The notes under the pieces were generated by a model. It made no database searches and had not been told where the DNA came from. It worked only from the letters and a program-made list of their open reading frames with translations. Shown piece by piece: positions 24,314-31,484 of a DNA stretch of 39,013 bases (position 1 is the stretch's first letter; each line of letters starts with the position of its first letter). Both the position numbers and the translations under genes were made by a program. Location of the stretch: assembly GCA_030157745.1 (NCBI GenBank), contig JAOAUE010000032.1, forward strand, positions 1-39,013, written 5' to 3'. The DNA is from Minisyncoccota bacterium (lineage in GTDB: Bacteria; Patescibacteriota; Minisyncoccia; Phycocordibacterales; UBA9973).

Positions 24314-24337
24314 ATAGTTGAGGGAGAAAGAAGAGAG

Positions 24338-24440
24338 TTGCGAACACCAGCGAACCACCAATTGTCATTCCAGTCGTTATCATTACGATTGACATTCACG
24401 TTACGCTCGTCGTCATTCCAGTGGTTGAACGTGGCAATTT
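24338..24440 (-). repeat. DGR-2 template repeat (TR2, ~103 bp)
   Basis: Gap-free alignment to 24803-24905 with 20 mismatches, all at TR adenines (sense strand). In-frame translation is Asn-rich (NVNVNRNDNDWNDNWWFAGVR). Confidence 0.9.
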
Positions 24441-24676
24441 GTACAAAGTATCATCTGTGCCACTGCCCTTTGAATACTCTCGGGGCTGTATCGTATTTGC
24501 GATCATAATCGCTCGATACTCTGTACCAAGTATCTTCATTTTTTGTTTGAAGTTTCTACATACACCACTCTATCCTAAGCCGTAGCCCTAGATATTCTCA
24601 ATGTATGGATACTGGGATCGGTAGCGGACAATCGTGATCGTCCACATATTCACCTACTGCCATGATTATTTTAGCA

Positions 24677-24709
24677 TAAAAAATACCCCTGCGTTTTATG
24701 CGAGGGGTA
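24677..24709 (-). terminator. rho-independent terminator after the DGR-2 target gene
   Basis: The minus strand reads ACCCCTCGCATAAAACGCAGGGGT followed by ATTTTTTAT. Confidence 0.55.
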
Positions 24710-24798
24710 GGAAGTTTGTAAAACCTCCAAAACTTTTTGCGAACGAAGGGCAAAGTTCAAAGTGTCAAAATAGGACAGAGTGAACAAAATCCTAAGTA

Positions 24799-25410
24799 CT
24801 ACTTGCGAACACCAGCGAACCACCAACCGTCATCCCAGCCGTCATCACCACGACTGACAAACACGCTACGCCCGCCGCCATTCCAGCGGTCGAACGCGGC
24901 AAAGCACCATTTACCATTTGCATCCTTCCAGTGTGTACCATTAGGATATTTGTCAGCAAAGGCAGGATCAGCTTCGTTTACAGCAGCCTGTGAATACGGG
25001 TCGGCGGGTTTTAATCCACGGAGGTCATATTCTTTTTCCAGGTCGTTGTCATTAACAAAGCGACCAAGGTTAAAGAAGAAAACTTCTGTTTCTTCGCCTT
25101 CTCCTTTTGGCATTTTGGCAACAACACCGCTATCAGTGTATTGCTTCCTGCCTGTGGCATCCAACATTTCTTTTGGTGATCGGTTGCGGTTTACTTTTAC
25201 CTTGCGGATAATCAGATTACTGATCGCATCCACACGTTTAAGGATTGAAGCATACATCTCATCCAATAATGTTTCATCTCCAAGCACTTGCTGGAAAAGA
25301 TTACTTGGAAGCTCATTTTTGTGCTTCAGTAATCGTGCAGTCAAGTTTTGGTTTAATTTACCGATTTGACCTTCGGTAACAGGTTCTGTTGATGGGGTCA
25401 TAGTGTCCAT
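24799..25410 (-). CDS. DGR-2 variable target protein (no signal peptide; C-terminal CLec/FGE-like variable region)
   Basis: 203 aa. The C-terminus ...WCFAAFDRWNGGGRSVFVSRGDDGWDDGWWFAGVRK is VR2. No N-terminal hydrophobic segment. Confidence 0.85.
   Translation of the reverse strand: MDTMTPSTEPVTEGQIGKLNQNLTARLLKHKNELPSNLFQQVLGDETLLDEMYASILKRVDAISNLIIRKVKVNRNRSPKEMLDATGRKQYTDSGVVAKMPKGEGEETEVFFFNLGRFVNDNDLEKEYDLRGLKPADPYSQAAVNEADPAFADKYPNGTHWKDANGKWCFAAFDRWNGGGRSVFVSRGDDGWDDGWWFAGVRK
24803..24905 (-). repeat. DGR-2 variable repeat (VR2)
   Basis: Matches TR2 with adenine-specific substitutions, at the 3' end of the ORF. Confidence 0.9.
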
Positions 25411-25599
25411 GGCGTCATCGTTTTAATTGTTTGTGCCATCGGACTATACCTTCGTGGTATAGCCATAGCCAAAAAGTGCTTAGAGATAAGAACCTTTTGG
25501 CTATGGCTATGTTGCAAGTAGATGTAAAAGAGCTGTTCCGAGCTGTATAATAGCATAATAAACCATAAAAGTCAATCTTTGAGTTTAGAAATGGAGCGA

Positions 25600-26045
25600 T
25601 GACCTATTCACGGGGAGTGTCTTCCGTGCGCGCGAATGGGTGGGATAGTCCGCCTGTATTCAGGCGGACTGGGTCAAGCGCAGTTGCATCTGAGCCTCGG
25701 GCATTTCCGCTATGAGCGTCCAATGGCTAAAGGATGAGCGCCGTGGGTAATCGAAGTGGAATATGTAAATAGCGAAGCAAAAGATACACGCTAATATGAA
25801 AAGCGTGGAGTGGGTGTGGCGAGGGCGCACGACGAGGAACGAGGAGTATATCGCCCGACCCAGGGAGAGGAGACTTCCTCTCCCTAAGAAGCGCGGGTGA
25901 TAACCCGCACATAGGCACCTAGGCGCGAGTAGCCATAGCGGAAATGCCCGAGGCGGATGCCGAGGGTGCATCCCCTTTAGACTTGGACAATACATAGCAG
26001 AGAAATGACTGAGACAATGATTTAGTCCTGTTTCTTTCTTAGAAG
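25600..26045 (+). ncRNA. candidate large structured RNA or DNA element (unclassified)
   Basis: ORF-poor and GC-rich. A perfect 21-bp long-range helix pairs 25693-25713 with 25933-25953. Nested hairpins: AGTCCGCC/GGCGGACT at 25648-25671, AGGGAGAGGA/TCCTCTCCCT at 25862-25885, GCGGGT/ACCCGC. A TATAAT box lies at 25546-25551. Strand and ends are uncertain. Confidence 0.4.
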
Positions 26046-26231
26046 CCCGCATTCCTCCCCAAACCCCTCCTGCGGGAGAACCCAGAACCAGAGGCGAATG
26101 CCAAAAAAGAATCAGCCGAGGTTTTGCGAAATCCGTGTCCCCAAAAAAGAGCTTTCGCAAAACCGAGTCCGCATTTAATACATTTATGAATTTTTGATGA
26201 AATAGGTTCGAGCCGAATCGTACAACCACTC
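26046..26231 (-). repeat. inverted repeat IR2, right copy (186 bp), right end of the island
   Basis: Exact reverse complement of 19030-19215. Confidence 0.9.
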
Positions 26232-26244
26232 AAGGATATACAAA

Positions 26245-26310
26245 CAGTTGGTAGAGTTCTGTCAACGCATAACTAAAGCGAAAGGTCTTTCAAGTCTGAC
26301 AAGGGACTCC
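26245..26310 (+). pseudogene. degenerate partial tRNA-Thr copy (3' three-quarters)
   Basis: Shares CAGTTGGTAGAG, AACGC, AAGCGAA, GGTC and TTCAAGTCTGACAAG with the tRNA at 17225. It has an insertion, a broken T stem and no 5' acceptor strand. Confidence 0.65.
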
Positions 26311-26317
26311 GGCATAA

Positions 26318-26344
26318 GAAAACCCATCACAAGGATGGGTTTTC
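26318..26344. terminator. bidirectional terminator
   Basis: AAAACCCATC-acaa-GGATGGGTTTT hairpin with flanking A/T runs, directly after the stop of the 26345 gene. Confidence 0.6.
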
Positions 26345-27451
26345 TTATTCAACACTATGAATCTTTTTTTCTATATCTTCTTCTAAAGCAGTGACATGCT
26401 CCATTTCTTCTTTGAGAGACTGGTGTACTCTCTGCAATTCTTTTAGCTCATCTTCAACTTCACTAACGGTTTCTTTTTTTCTAGTTCTACTAAAAAGCAT
26501 TTTTATTTGAGTTTTCCTCAGTGTTACAACAGTGACAACTGTAGCTATGATAAGAACAATAAAACCAGCAAATATAAGCCACAAATGCAGGTTGTTATCA
26601 GCAGGAGATTCTTTTAGATTATTTGCGTTATCTATAGTACCTATATCTATCCATTTATCTATGATAACTTGCTTTTCAGCGTCAGAGAGAGCCTTGAGCC
26701 CTTGGTCTAGTATAAGCAAAAGTTCAGGTTTTGACTTTGGAACCGCAAATGAGTGTTTGTATTCAAAACCAGTACGACCGACTGCTTTTATATAAGAGAG
26801 CACATCCTTGCTTGTGTAATATGAAAGAGAAGCTAGATCCATAACAGCTGCGTCGACTTCTCCGAGGAGGAGTTTTTGTAGAGCGACTTCGTCATCAGAG
26901 ACAGGTACTATTTCAACCTTTTCATAGTTGGTCTTTATATAAGAAACAACTGGATAGCCCTCTCCTACTGCTACCTTTTTATTTTTAAAAGATGACAAAG
27001 ATGTTACGGTGCTTTTTTCTTTGAAGTCCTTTCTAACAACAACAACTGCTGGCATAGTAAGGTAAGAGTCGGTAAAATTGAAATTTTTCTCTAGTTCCTC
27101 TGTTGGGCTTAGAGAAAGTATGATGCTGTCGAAATCTAACTCCTTAGATTCTTTTAAAATCTCACCCAAAGAAGCCTCTTCTTCATAAGAGAGCTTTGCG
27201 CCGATTTTTGATGCAATTGCCTCTAAATATTCAGCTGACAAGCCCTTGATCTTCCTCGAAGTACCAGAGCCCAAAAAAACATAAGGGGGGTTACTCTTTT
27301 CCGGCTTTATAGAAATAGTACGATTGTATTTATTTAGCCATAAATTTTGAGTAGGAGTCAATACTTGAGCAGAAACTATAGATGCACTGAAAAAGCTTAG
27401 GCAAAAAATAGCCAGAAACACTGCTGAGATATATTTGCTGAGCTTGGGCAT
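26345..27451 (-). CDS. membrane-anchored solute-binding protein (SBP_bac_3-like domain, C-terminal TM helix, coiled coil)
   Basis: Signal peptide. Periplasmic-binding fold features (NPPYVFL, GLSAEYLEAIASKIG, DAAVMDLAS). TM helix LWLIFAGFIVLIIATVVTVVTL, then a charged coiled coil. Confidence 0.75.
   Translation of the reverse strand: MPKLSKYISAVFLAIFCLSFFSASIVSAQVLTPTQNLWLNKYNRTISIKPEKSNPPYVFLGSGTSRKIKGLSAEYLEAIASKIGAKLSYEEEASLGEILKESKELDFDSIILSLSPTEELEKNFNFTDSYLTMPAVVVVRKDFKEKSTVTSLSSFKNKKVAVGEGYPVVSYIKTNYEKVEIVPVSDDEVALQKLLLGEVDAAVMDLASLSYYTSKDVLSYIKAVGRTGFEYKHSFAVPKSKPELLLILDQGLKALSDAEKQVIIDKWIDIGTIDNANNLKESPADNNLHLWLIFAGFIVLIIATVVTVVTLRKTQIKMLFSRTRKKETVSEVEDELKELQRVHQSLKEEMEHVTALEEDIEKKIHSVE
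26792..26902. repeat. 111-bp block identical to 27945-28055 (direct repeat inside the paralogous SBP genes)
   Basis: Base-by-base identical. Encodes VSDDEVALQKLLLGEVDAAVMDLASLSYYTSKDVLSY in both genes. Confidence 0.9.
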
Positions 27452-27497
27452 ATTGTTATAAGGTATTGTAGCGTGTTTATGGGCCTAAAATCAACAC

Positions 27498-28577
27498 TTA
27501 GTCTATACGCTCGATCTTCTCCTCTATAGACCTTTTTAACGAGTCTATTTCTTCTAAATTTTGCTCTAGGGTGTTGCTGGCAGACTCTAGTCGAGTAAGC
27601 TCAGTTTTGAGTTCAGCAGCCTCCTTAGACCTCTTTAGGCTTGCTATGTGATACCTATGATGCTTTCTCGAGTGAGCAATTATCAAAGTCAATAAAACTA
27701 TAATGATGACTATCCCAATGATGCTTATAGAGATCCATAGCGGACTTTGTAAGACCTTAGCGACTTTCTCACCTTTTGAATCTGTGTTTTCCTTAAATGT
27801 TATCCAACGGTCAGAAATAATACTTTTTTCTGTGGGTGTTATCTCTTTCAGCCCAGCATTTAATATTGTGATCATCTCAGGCATTGTTTTTGGGACAGCA
27901 AAAGATAGTTTGTACTCAAAGCCAGTTTGTCCACCAATAGCAACATAAGAGAGCACATCCTTGCTTGTGTAATATGAAAGAGAAGCTAGATCCATAACAG
28001 CTGCGTCGACTTCTCCGAGGAGGAGTTTTTGTAGAGCGACTTCGTCATCAGAGACGGGATCTAAAATTATTTTTGGGTAGTTGTCTTTGATATAATCGAA
28101 TGCTTCATAACCATTTGTTACAGCCAACTGTTTGGCCTCAAAATCAGCCAAGGTCAGCTCTTTTGGATGTCTAAAATCTTTTCTTACTACTATAACAGCG
28201 GGAAGAGAGATGAAAGCTTCTGAAAAATACATGTAGTCTAACCTTTCGTTTGATTCCGCAATCGCAAGTATAATGCCTTCTTTTCCTGATTTTATATCAG
28301 AGAGTATGGTGTTTCTAGATTTAGCTTCCAAAAATGTAGCTTGTGCGCCTACTTTTTTTGCGACGAGATCTAGATAGTCAACAGCAAGACCTTTGGGTCT
28401 GGCACTAGTAGAAGAAGAAAGGAAAGAAAAAGGCGGATAGTTACGCTCTGGCCTAGCTAACAAAGTGTTGTTGTGTTTTTTGAGCCAAGAGGACTGATCA
28501 GGAGTAAGAACATTGGCGCTCACCAAAGAGAATATACTTAAAAAACAAAAAGTTGTTAGTAAAAAATAACGGAGCAT
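27498..28577 (-). CDS. membrane-anchored solute-binding protein paralog (SBP_bac_3-like, TM helix, coiled coil)
   Basis: Same architecture as 26345..27451. Start set at ATG 28577 (MLRYFLLTTFCFLSIFSLVSA, a signal peptide). The track start at 28811 overlaps the upstream gene. Confidence 0.75.
   Translation of the reverse strand: MLRYFLLTTFCFLSIFSLVSANVLTPDQSSWLKKHNNTLLARPERNYPPFSFLSSSTSARPKGLAVDYLDLVAKKVGAQATFLEAKSRNTILSDIKSGKEGIILAIAESNERLDYMYFSEAFISLPAVIVVRKDFRHPKELTLADFEAKQLAVTNGYEAFDYIKDNYPKIILDPVSDDEVALQKLLLGEVDAAVMDLASLSYYTSKDVLSYVAIGGQTGFEYKLSFAVPKTMPEMITILNAGLKEITPTEKSIISDRWITFKENTDSKGEKVAKVLQSPLWISISIIGIVIIIVLLTLIIAHSRKHHRYHIASLKRSKEAAELKTELTRLESASNTLEQNLEEIDSLKRSIEEKIERID
27945..28055. 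repeat. 111-bp block identical to 26792-26902
   Basis: See the partner copy at 26792-26902. Confidence 0.9.
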
Positions 28578-28615
28578 ATATTTATATAAATATTGTATCA
28601 CAACAAAAGCTTGAG

Positions 28616-29698
28616 TTATGTTTGCTCTACCGAGGATTCTTCTTTTTTTATCTGCTTTTCTGTAAGAGTTAACTTTTCGTCTTCTAATTTTATTTTGTGG
28701 TTTAGAATCTTCATTCTGAGTCTTGAGTACCAAGGGATAAAATAAATAATAACACCAAGACAAACTATAGGTATAAGCAGAGCTAGAACATTTATCAGAA
28801 CAACTAACCACTTGACCATCTTACTGTTGTTAACCAAGAGCTGGACTCCAAATCCAGGTTTTTGGGTCTGATTATCTTCTTCAACCAAGAAAGGGGTGAC
28901 ATTATAAGCGCCAGCAACCAAGTTATCGGCTGAAATATACTGGAAGACTCCCTGAGTATCATTTTTAACAAGCGCTTCTGTTGGCTTTTGTTTCTTTGTT
29001 TGTAAAGCAATAATGAACTGTTCCCCCAAACTTTTCGCTGAAGTATCTTTAAAGGCTAGTTTTGTTAGAGCGTTAGGTTCACCTTTACCTTTAATAAAAG
29101 CTCGTCCAGAAGAGTCAACAACTTGAGAATATTCAGTTATGACAGGAAGTGCTAATAGCTTACCACTAGAGACAGGTTGCTCTGTAGCAATAGGCACCCT
29201 TGGTATCGGGTCAACGATAACAGGAGCACCGGAGACTATTTTTATTGTTTTTGTTGAAAGTGAATCGATGATGTTGCTTCCCAATCCATCATTTGCAAGT
29301 ATTGCCCCATCTGAAAACGACAGCAGAGCATTACCTTCTTTTCGAGCTAAAAAGTTTATAGTAAAAAGCCTACCACTTTGACCCTGAAATCCAGGATTGA
29401 GAACAACTCCTTCGAACTTAACCTGACTGCCAAAAATCTGCGGTTCTATTGTCCAAAAATCAACTATACTACTTTGTTTTGAAACACCACCAACACTAAG
29501 ACCTCCTGATGCTTGAAGTGTTCCCGAGACAGCATTCATGGCTTGAGAGTTACTACTTACAAAAACTGTAACAGGGAAAGTCTCGCCTACTCTTATGTCT
29601 CTACTGGGAGCACTTATCACAAAAGTCTCAGCGGCAAAAAGCTCTTTGCGTAAAGCTAAAGTTAGTACCAAAAATAAAACTAGGCTAAATCTTTTCAT
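28616..29698 (-). CDS. cohesin-like domain protein with a C-terminal TM anchor and coiled coil
   Basis: Signal peptide. N-terminal ~140 aa beta domain with a cohesin-like pattern (…VTVFVSS…NAVSGTLQ…FEGVVLNPGFQGQSGRLFTINFLARKEGNALLSFSDGAILANDGLGSN). TM helix near residue 300. Confidence 0.6.
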   Translation of the reverse strand: MKRFSLVLFLVLTLALRKELFAAETFVISAPSRDIRVGETFPVTVFVSSNSQAMNAVSGTLQASGGLSVGGVSKQSSIVDFWTIEPQIFGSQVKFEGVVLNPGFQGQSGRLFTINFLARKEGNALLSFSDGAILANDGLGSNIIDSLSTKTIKIVSGAPVIVDPIPRVPIATEQPVSSGKLLALPVITEYSQVVDSSGRAFIKGKGEPNALTKLAFKDTSAKSLGEQFIIALQTKKQKPTEALVKNDTQGVFQYISADNLVAGAYNVTPFLVEEDNQTQKPGFGVQLLVNNSKMVKWLVVLINVLALLIPIVCLGVIIYFIPWYSRLRMKILNHKIKLEDEKLTLTEKQIKKEESSVEQT

Positions 29699-30584
29699 TT
29701 TTTACCTTATTCTTATTATAAAATTTATAACGAATAAAGCCAAGGATAATAGCAAATATTCCTATAATGATACCTGTACCATAAACCTTCTCACCGCTAA
29801 CTATAACCCTCTGTTCTCTAAAGTTCTCAGAATAGTCATAAGCTCTAACAACAACCTCATAAGAGAAAAACTTATACGGCAAAGGCACAGGACTAGAAGA
29901 AGCAACAAAGACCCCACCAGCAACAGAAACTTCGTATCGCTGTATCCCGCCACCCTCATCATTGGAAGAAAAAACGGCAAGTCTTGGAGTTCTACCAAAG
30001 ACAGAGCGCTCTATAATCTGTATAGAAAAAGGCTCTGGAGCTACCAAATCTGGCACTTCTTGCGTAGAAGAATCTTGTGCCGTAACTGAGACCAACTTTT
30101 TATTTACTGAAACACTTGTCTTAGTCCCAAGCCCATCATTTTTTAAAATCATAGGCTCATAAAAAGCAAACTCGCCCACACCCTCTTTGTTTGCGATAAA
30201 AAACAGTCTAACTACCGGGATAACTCTTTTGCTTGTATTTAATGGGTCGTATATTCTATCTATTCCACCAGGGATAACTCCAGAGAAATTTATAATTCCA
30301 CGACTTTCTTGTTTTGGCTCTTCTACCCAAACAGGAATACTGCTTTGCTTTGAACTGAAACCTTCATAGGAAAAAATCTCGGGGTCAAAAACAACTGATG
30401 TTCCTATAGAGTTTATACTTTGAGATTCTGGATCGACCAAAACATCAAGGAAAAACTTTTGATTTACAGATACTTTTTCTGACACAGAAAAATCAAGAGA
30501 TGAGGCTTCTGTCTTGTTTATAAGCAATGCAAAAAAACTAAATAAAAATATGATTATAGATTTTTTAAATTTTTTATTATTCAT
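29685..30584 (-). CDS. cohesin-like domain protein with a C-terminal TM anchor
   Basis: Signal peptide. Cohesin-like pattern (…FFLDVLVDP…INSIGTSVVFDPEIF…GIINFSGVIPGG…VVRLFFIANKEGVGEFAFYEPMILKNDGLGTK). C-terminal TM helix GIIIGIFAIILGFI. Confidence 0.6.
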   Translation of the reverse strand: MNNKKFKKSIIIFLFSFFALLINKTEASSLDFSVSEKVSVNQKFFLDVLVDPESQSINSIGTSVVFDPEIFSYEGFSSKQSSIPVWVEEPKQESRGIINFSGVIPGGIDRIYDPLNTSKRVIPVVRLFFIANKEGVGEFAFYEPMILKNDGLGTKTSVSVNKKLVSVTAQDSSTQEVPDLVAPEPFSIQIIERSVFGRTPRLAVFSSNDEGGGIQRYEVSVAGGVFVASSSPVPLPYKFFSYEVVVRAYDYSENFREQRVIVSGEKVYGTGIIIGIFAIILGFIRYKFYNKNKVKNEKI

Positions 30585-30587
30585 ACT

Positions 30588-31484
30588 TTAACCATTCCAA
30601 TAAAAAGCAACGATACTAAAGTCTACTAGGTTTATTATTTTATCAGAATTAGCGTCAACACATTTTGGCGGGTTTGGTTTTCCATACCAAAAAGCTAGAA
30701 CTGAAAAATCAACAAGGGTGATGTTTTGGTCAAAGTTGCAATCTCCAGGAATATTGTTTGTTGCCTCATTTCTTAAAATTGAAGAGTTCCCTACTGTTAT
30801 TTTAAGAGCCTTACTCGTTCTAGAGTCTTTTGGATAAAAAGCTCTAACTACGTATTCTCCATTTTTTAAATCAAGCGGTACTGTGGCAGAAAAAAAGCCT
30901 AAGCTATCAGAAACAAGATAAAAAGTCTTGGATTCTTCCCCTTCAAAAGAAACTTCGATGTTTGAATTTGGTAAAGCGGAACCAGAAACTGTTATGAAAT
31001 CACCCTTTTTTACAGAGAGCTTATCAGTAACTAATGTTGGGGCAAACCTTATCCCTGAAATATCTGTTATATACCCGCTATAAAGAATTGTCGGGAAATT
31101 AAGAAGCGTTGATTTACGACCTTTTACATCAACAGCAAAAAGAGTAAAAAGTTGCCATGAGCTCTCTGGTATAAGAATAGAAAAAGCCCCTTTTTCATCA
31201 GCTGTAACTGTTACAAAAGTACTATCTCTCTTTTGAACCGTTACAAGAGCGTTTGGATAAGCCAATCCGGAGAAACGCACACCGCTTTGATATGTTCCTC
31301 CACCTGGACTAGGATCTATAGTGGGTATACTGCCGACAATAGCCCCTATAGAGACGTTTTCTGTTTCTGTTAGAGTTAAAGCGTTTAAATTTTTATTCGG
31401 AAAAAATAAGTTTAAAAGGGTAAATAGTGTTCCTAGAAAAATAATGTGCTTAATTTTGAAAGACATAATACCTGCATAAAGCAT
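30588..31484 (-). CDS. secreted protein with two Ig/CarboxypepD_reg-like domains and a C-terminal dockerin
   Basis: The C-terminus GDCNFDQNITLVDFSVLAFWYG...VDANSDKIINLVDFSIVAFYW has two DxNxDxxIxxxDF calcium-loop repeats, a dockerin pattern. The TAATG overlap with the upstream gene suggests translational coupling. Confidence 0.7.
   Translation of the reverse strand: MLYAGIMSFKIKHIIFLGTLFTLLNLFFPNKNLNALTLTETENVSIGAIVGSIPTIDPSPGGGTYQSGVRFSGLAYPNALVTVQKRDSTFVTVTADEKGAFSILIPESSWQLFTLFAVDVKGRKSTLLNFPTILYSGYITDISGIRFAPTLVTDKLSVKKGDFITVSGSALPNSNIEVSFEGEESKTFYLVSDSLGFFSATVPLDLKNGEYVVRAFYPKDSRTSKALKITVGNSSILRNEATNNIPGDCNFDQNITLVDFSVLAFWYGKPNPPKCVDANSDKIINLVDFSIVAFYWNG

Larger units (their letters stand above)
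17298..26231. mobile_element. ~8.9 kb integrated island at the 3' end of tRNA-Thr, carrying a large serine recombinase and two DGRs
   Basis: Begins at the tRNA 3' end. Junction sequences share a CTC core (17296-17298; 26229-26231). The internal intact junction B'-CTC-A' is present as its reverse complement at 19030-19032. A degenerate tRNA-Thr fragment lies just outside the right end. Base composition is visibly more GC-rich than the flanks. Confidence 0.7.

Noticed and set aside
24737-25369. 210-aa plus-strand ORF
   Set aside because: It is antisense to the DGR-2 target gene, whose identity is fixed by the VR2/TR2 pairing. The product is low-complexity and Pro/Ser-rich.
25620-26045. Group II intron, retron msr/msd, RNase P, tmRNA or IS110-type bridge RNA as the identity of the structured segment
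   Set aside because: A GTGCG occurs at 25626, but I found no domain V-like AGC hairpin and no intron-type RT; both RTs have DGR TR/VR pairs. The universally conserved RNase P P4 strings and the tmRNA tRNA-like end are absent. The recombinase is a serine recombinase, not DEDD/IS110. The segment is left unclassified.
17296-26231. Inverted repeats as a pure assembly artefact
   Set aside because: This cannot be excluded from sequence alone. However, both ends of each unique segment join the same repeat, and the repeat boundaries coincide to the base with the tRNA junction core. A chimeric join is unlikely to produce that. It is flagged for read-level verification rather than dismissed.
25660-26233. 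ORFs 25660..26229, 25727..25918 and 26039..26233 (minus strand)
   Set aside because: They are Arg/Pro/Ser/Leu-rich and overlap each other. They span the structured GC-rich segment and IR2. No start context or domain signal was found.
28578-28811. Long N-terminal extension of the second SBP gene (track start 28811)
   Set aside because: It overlaps the 3' end of the upstream cohesin-like gene. A canonical signal peptide begins at the internal ATG at 28577.
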